From Guillardia theta CCMP2712 (lineage: Eukaryota; Protista; Cryptophyta), in contig NW_005434621.1 in NCBI RefSeq assembly GCF_000315625.1, positions 126,744 through 190,743 of the forward strand: DNA of 64,000 bases, read 5' to 3'. The notes beneath the pieces are model-generated. The model saw nothing but the letters and a program-made list of their open reading frames with translations, did not search any database and had not been told where the DNA came from. The translations under genes and the position numbers were made by a program. Positions 61,900 through 64,000 of this stretch are shown here, in pieces. Positions within the stretch are counted from its first letter, which is position 1. Every line of letters begins with the position of its first letter.

Positions 61900-63300
61900 T
61901 CGTGGGAAGACCAGGATAGCTTTGAAGGTCTAGCGGAAGCAGGTCAGCGGAAGCATTCAGGAGGAGCTAAGAGAGACGAGGAGATAGGCAGAGAGCAACA
62001 AGAAGTAGACGTGCAGAAAACAACAAGAAGTAGACGGAAGAGAGGAAAGAATGGAAACAGCATCTTACCCATCTTGTTCTGGCTGGCCCCCACATCTCCC
62101 CTTGTCCTGCGTGTGCTGCAGAAGTTTGTAACCCTTGCGGTCGAGAAGCTTCCGAGCAAGGGTATCCTGACAGGCATGTCAGAGGAGCAGGAGCAGGAGC
62201 AGGAGCAGCAAGAGGAGAAGGAGCAGGAGCAGGAGCAGCAAGAGGAGCAGGAGCAGCAGGAGGTACAGGGCGGGTGGATATAAGAGGTTGAGAAGGACAA
62301 GGAGGAACAGAAGATCGCAACAAGACAGAGGGAGTGCCGGTAGGAAAGATTCTTACATGCTCTCCATCGTTCCGTACAATCAAAGCAGCATCTCCTTGCG
62401 ACATGGACACGCTGGCAGCTGAAGCAAGTAAGATAGATCATTCGAAGAAGAGGAGAGGAGGAAAAACCGATTCGAGAGGACATGTCCTTGCCAGGCACGC
62501 TAATGGCAGGAACCCCTTGCCACATGATATCTGTAGGGGTTTCAGAGAGGAGATCGAATGGGAGCAGATGGGAAACCAAGAAGACGGAAGGAGAGGGGAG
62601 AGGGAGAAGAGAGACGGAGAGAGGAGACTGACGAGAGAAGAGGGAGAGGAGGGAGAGGAGGGAGAGGAGGGAGAGGAGGGAGAGGAGGGAGAGGAGGGAG
62701 AGGAGAGAAAGGGGCTGAGGAGAGGATCTGAGGAGCCCGATCGGCTGGTCCTTCAAGTATCAGGAGAGCTGCTGACCTGTTTGCGCCTCCGAGAATAACT
62801 GAGCGCTGAGAAGGAGGGAGACTCCCTTGCTATCGCTGGCCTCCTGATAGCTCAAGTCTCAGCATCGCGGCAGGAACCGAAAGCTCGCCACCGTTGTTGT
62901 GATGAATGTCACGGATCCTTCCCTCATGTTCAACTTGTTTGCGATCTTCATGATCATATGTTGACCCTGGCAGGTCGTCAGACTGACAGCAAACATTCAT
63001 CTCCCCTTCCTCTCCTCCCTTCTTCCTCCTTCACGAATCTCCTCACCGAGAGGGCGGAGAGCAGGAGCGTCGAGTTGGTCGACTTGGTTGTCTTGAGCAT
63101 GCTCTTCAGGGCATCGAAGTCGAGCAGGGACATCTCGGCAAAGTTTGCAAGGATGCGATGCTCGGGTTTGAACGCACCGCCCTGCTGATGACGCAGGGGA
63201 TGAAGGAGCTGAGAGGACGAGAGTCAGCACATGCGCTGGATCTGTGTTGTATGCTGCTGGTTCATACCCGATGAGACGATGGCATGAGAAGAAGTTTCTC
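61900..63300 (-). CDS. Glycosyltransferase family 41 (OGT/SPINDLY)-like C-terminal fragment, divergent; likely continues beyond the window
   Basis: Exon pieces ILANFAEMSLLD and ETPTDIMWQGVPAISVPGKDMSSRIGFS resemble the GT41 xNFN and TxxDxLWxGVPxxTxxGxxxxSRxxxS motifs. Confidence 0.5.
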
Positions 63301-63399
63301 CGAGAAGAGAGGGGAGAGCTCGGGCGGAGTTGCGACGCGATCGGAGACGATGCCGTGGAAATATGGCTGAAGGAGGAAGGGAAGGCGATGAGAGCAGGG

Positions 63400-63404
63400 G
63401 GACA

Positions 63405-63457
<53 letters not shown>

Positions 63458-63600
63458 AAGGACGAGGACGAGGACAAGGACGAGGACAAGGACAAGGACA
63501 AGGACAAGGACGAGGACAAGGACAAGGACAAGGACAAGGACAAGGACAAGGACGAGGACAAGGACAAGGACAAGGACAAGGACAAGGACAAGGACGAGGA
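63400..63600. repeat. (GACGAG/GACAAG)n hexamer microsatellite
   Basis: Read directly from the sequence. Confidence 0.95.
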
Positions 63601-64000
63601 TGGTCGAAGAGCAAGAGAACGAAGAAGTAGTGATGGTCGTGAAGGAGTAGTGGAATAGGAGTATAGTGAATGAGCAAGGGCACACACAAGGAGAAGAGGA
63701 GGAGTAGCGGGGAGATGGTGCGAGGGGTAAAAGTCAGGTAAGACAATGCGTGTAAGACATCTTTACCGCTCCAGTTGTCATGGGATCGCACATGAAGGAA
63801 AGCTGATAGTAACACTTTCAGAAAGCCAGAGGAAAGAAGGAAGTGATAGGGTAGAGAGGAAACAAAGCAGAGAGATGATATGAAGAGAGGGAGAGCAAGA
63901 GAAGAAAGGGGGGGGGGGGGGGGGGAAAAATGGAACAAAAAAGGGTAGTTTAGGAAAAGGAAAAATGGGGGAAAAAGAAGAGGAGGAGGAGGAAAAAGCC

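Noticed and set aside
62997-63938. PC/RG/LV dipeptide-repeat ORFs; also CRISPR-like or telomeric interpretation of the hexamer arrays
   Set aside because: Pure spacer-less hexamer microsatellite, likely intronic. No CRISPR repeat-spacer structure is seen anywhere in the window.
1-64000. tRNA, rRNA, transposase/RT or viral capsid genes
   Set aside because: None recognised by eye. tRNAscan, Rfam and RepeatMasker runs would be needed to exclude them formally.

Overview
Eukaryotic, intron-rich, microsatellite-rich nuclear DNA with four N-gaps. It is almost certainly the cryptophyte alga Guillardia theta, because the window opens inside the anion channelrhodopsin GtACR1, whose sequence I recognise. 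Most of the six-frame ORF track is noise from simple repeats, so I rebuilt genes by manual GT-AG splicing. Well-supported genes are: the 3' part of GtACR1; three near-identical two-exon micro-genes (75-79 aa); a very large tandem two-module Shaker/CNBD/ankyrin channel with non-canonical pore motifs and a 1-nt frameshift in S1; a hydroxylysine-kinase-like kinase; a ZIP transporter with two cNMP-binding-like domains in its loop; a dead trypsin-like + PDZ protein; RPL34 and RPN5 head-to-head; an Rdx/SelW-like protein; a collagen-repeat protein; COMMD1; a MIB-HERC2 + RING-H2 ligase; and a GT41-like fragment. The most novel item does not appear as a recognisable ORF in the track. It is a 15-exon minus-strand gene (25554-28426, 509 aa) that fuses a signal peptide and a TMEM145/GPR180-type ectodomain to a complete type-1 (microbial) opsin 7TM in which the retinal Lys is replaced by Gln. 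Non-coding structure includes recurrent GC-rich palindrome islands sharing a ~50-bp core, and TACCC/GGGTA-rich islands that sit at gene 5' ends.
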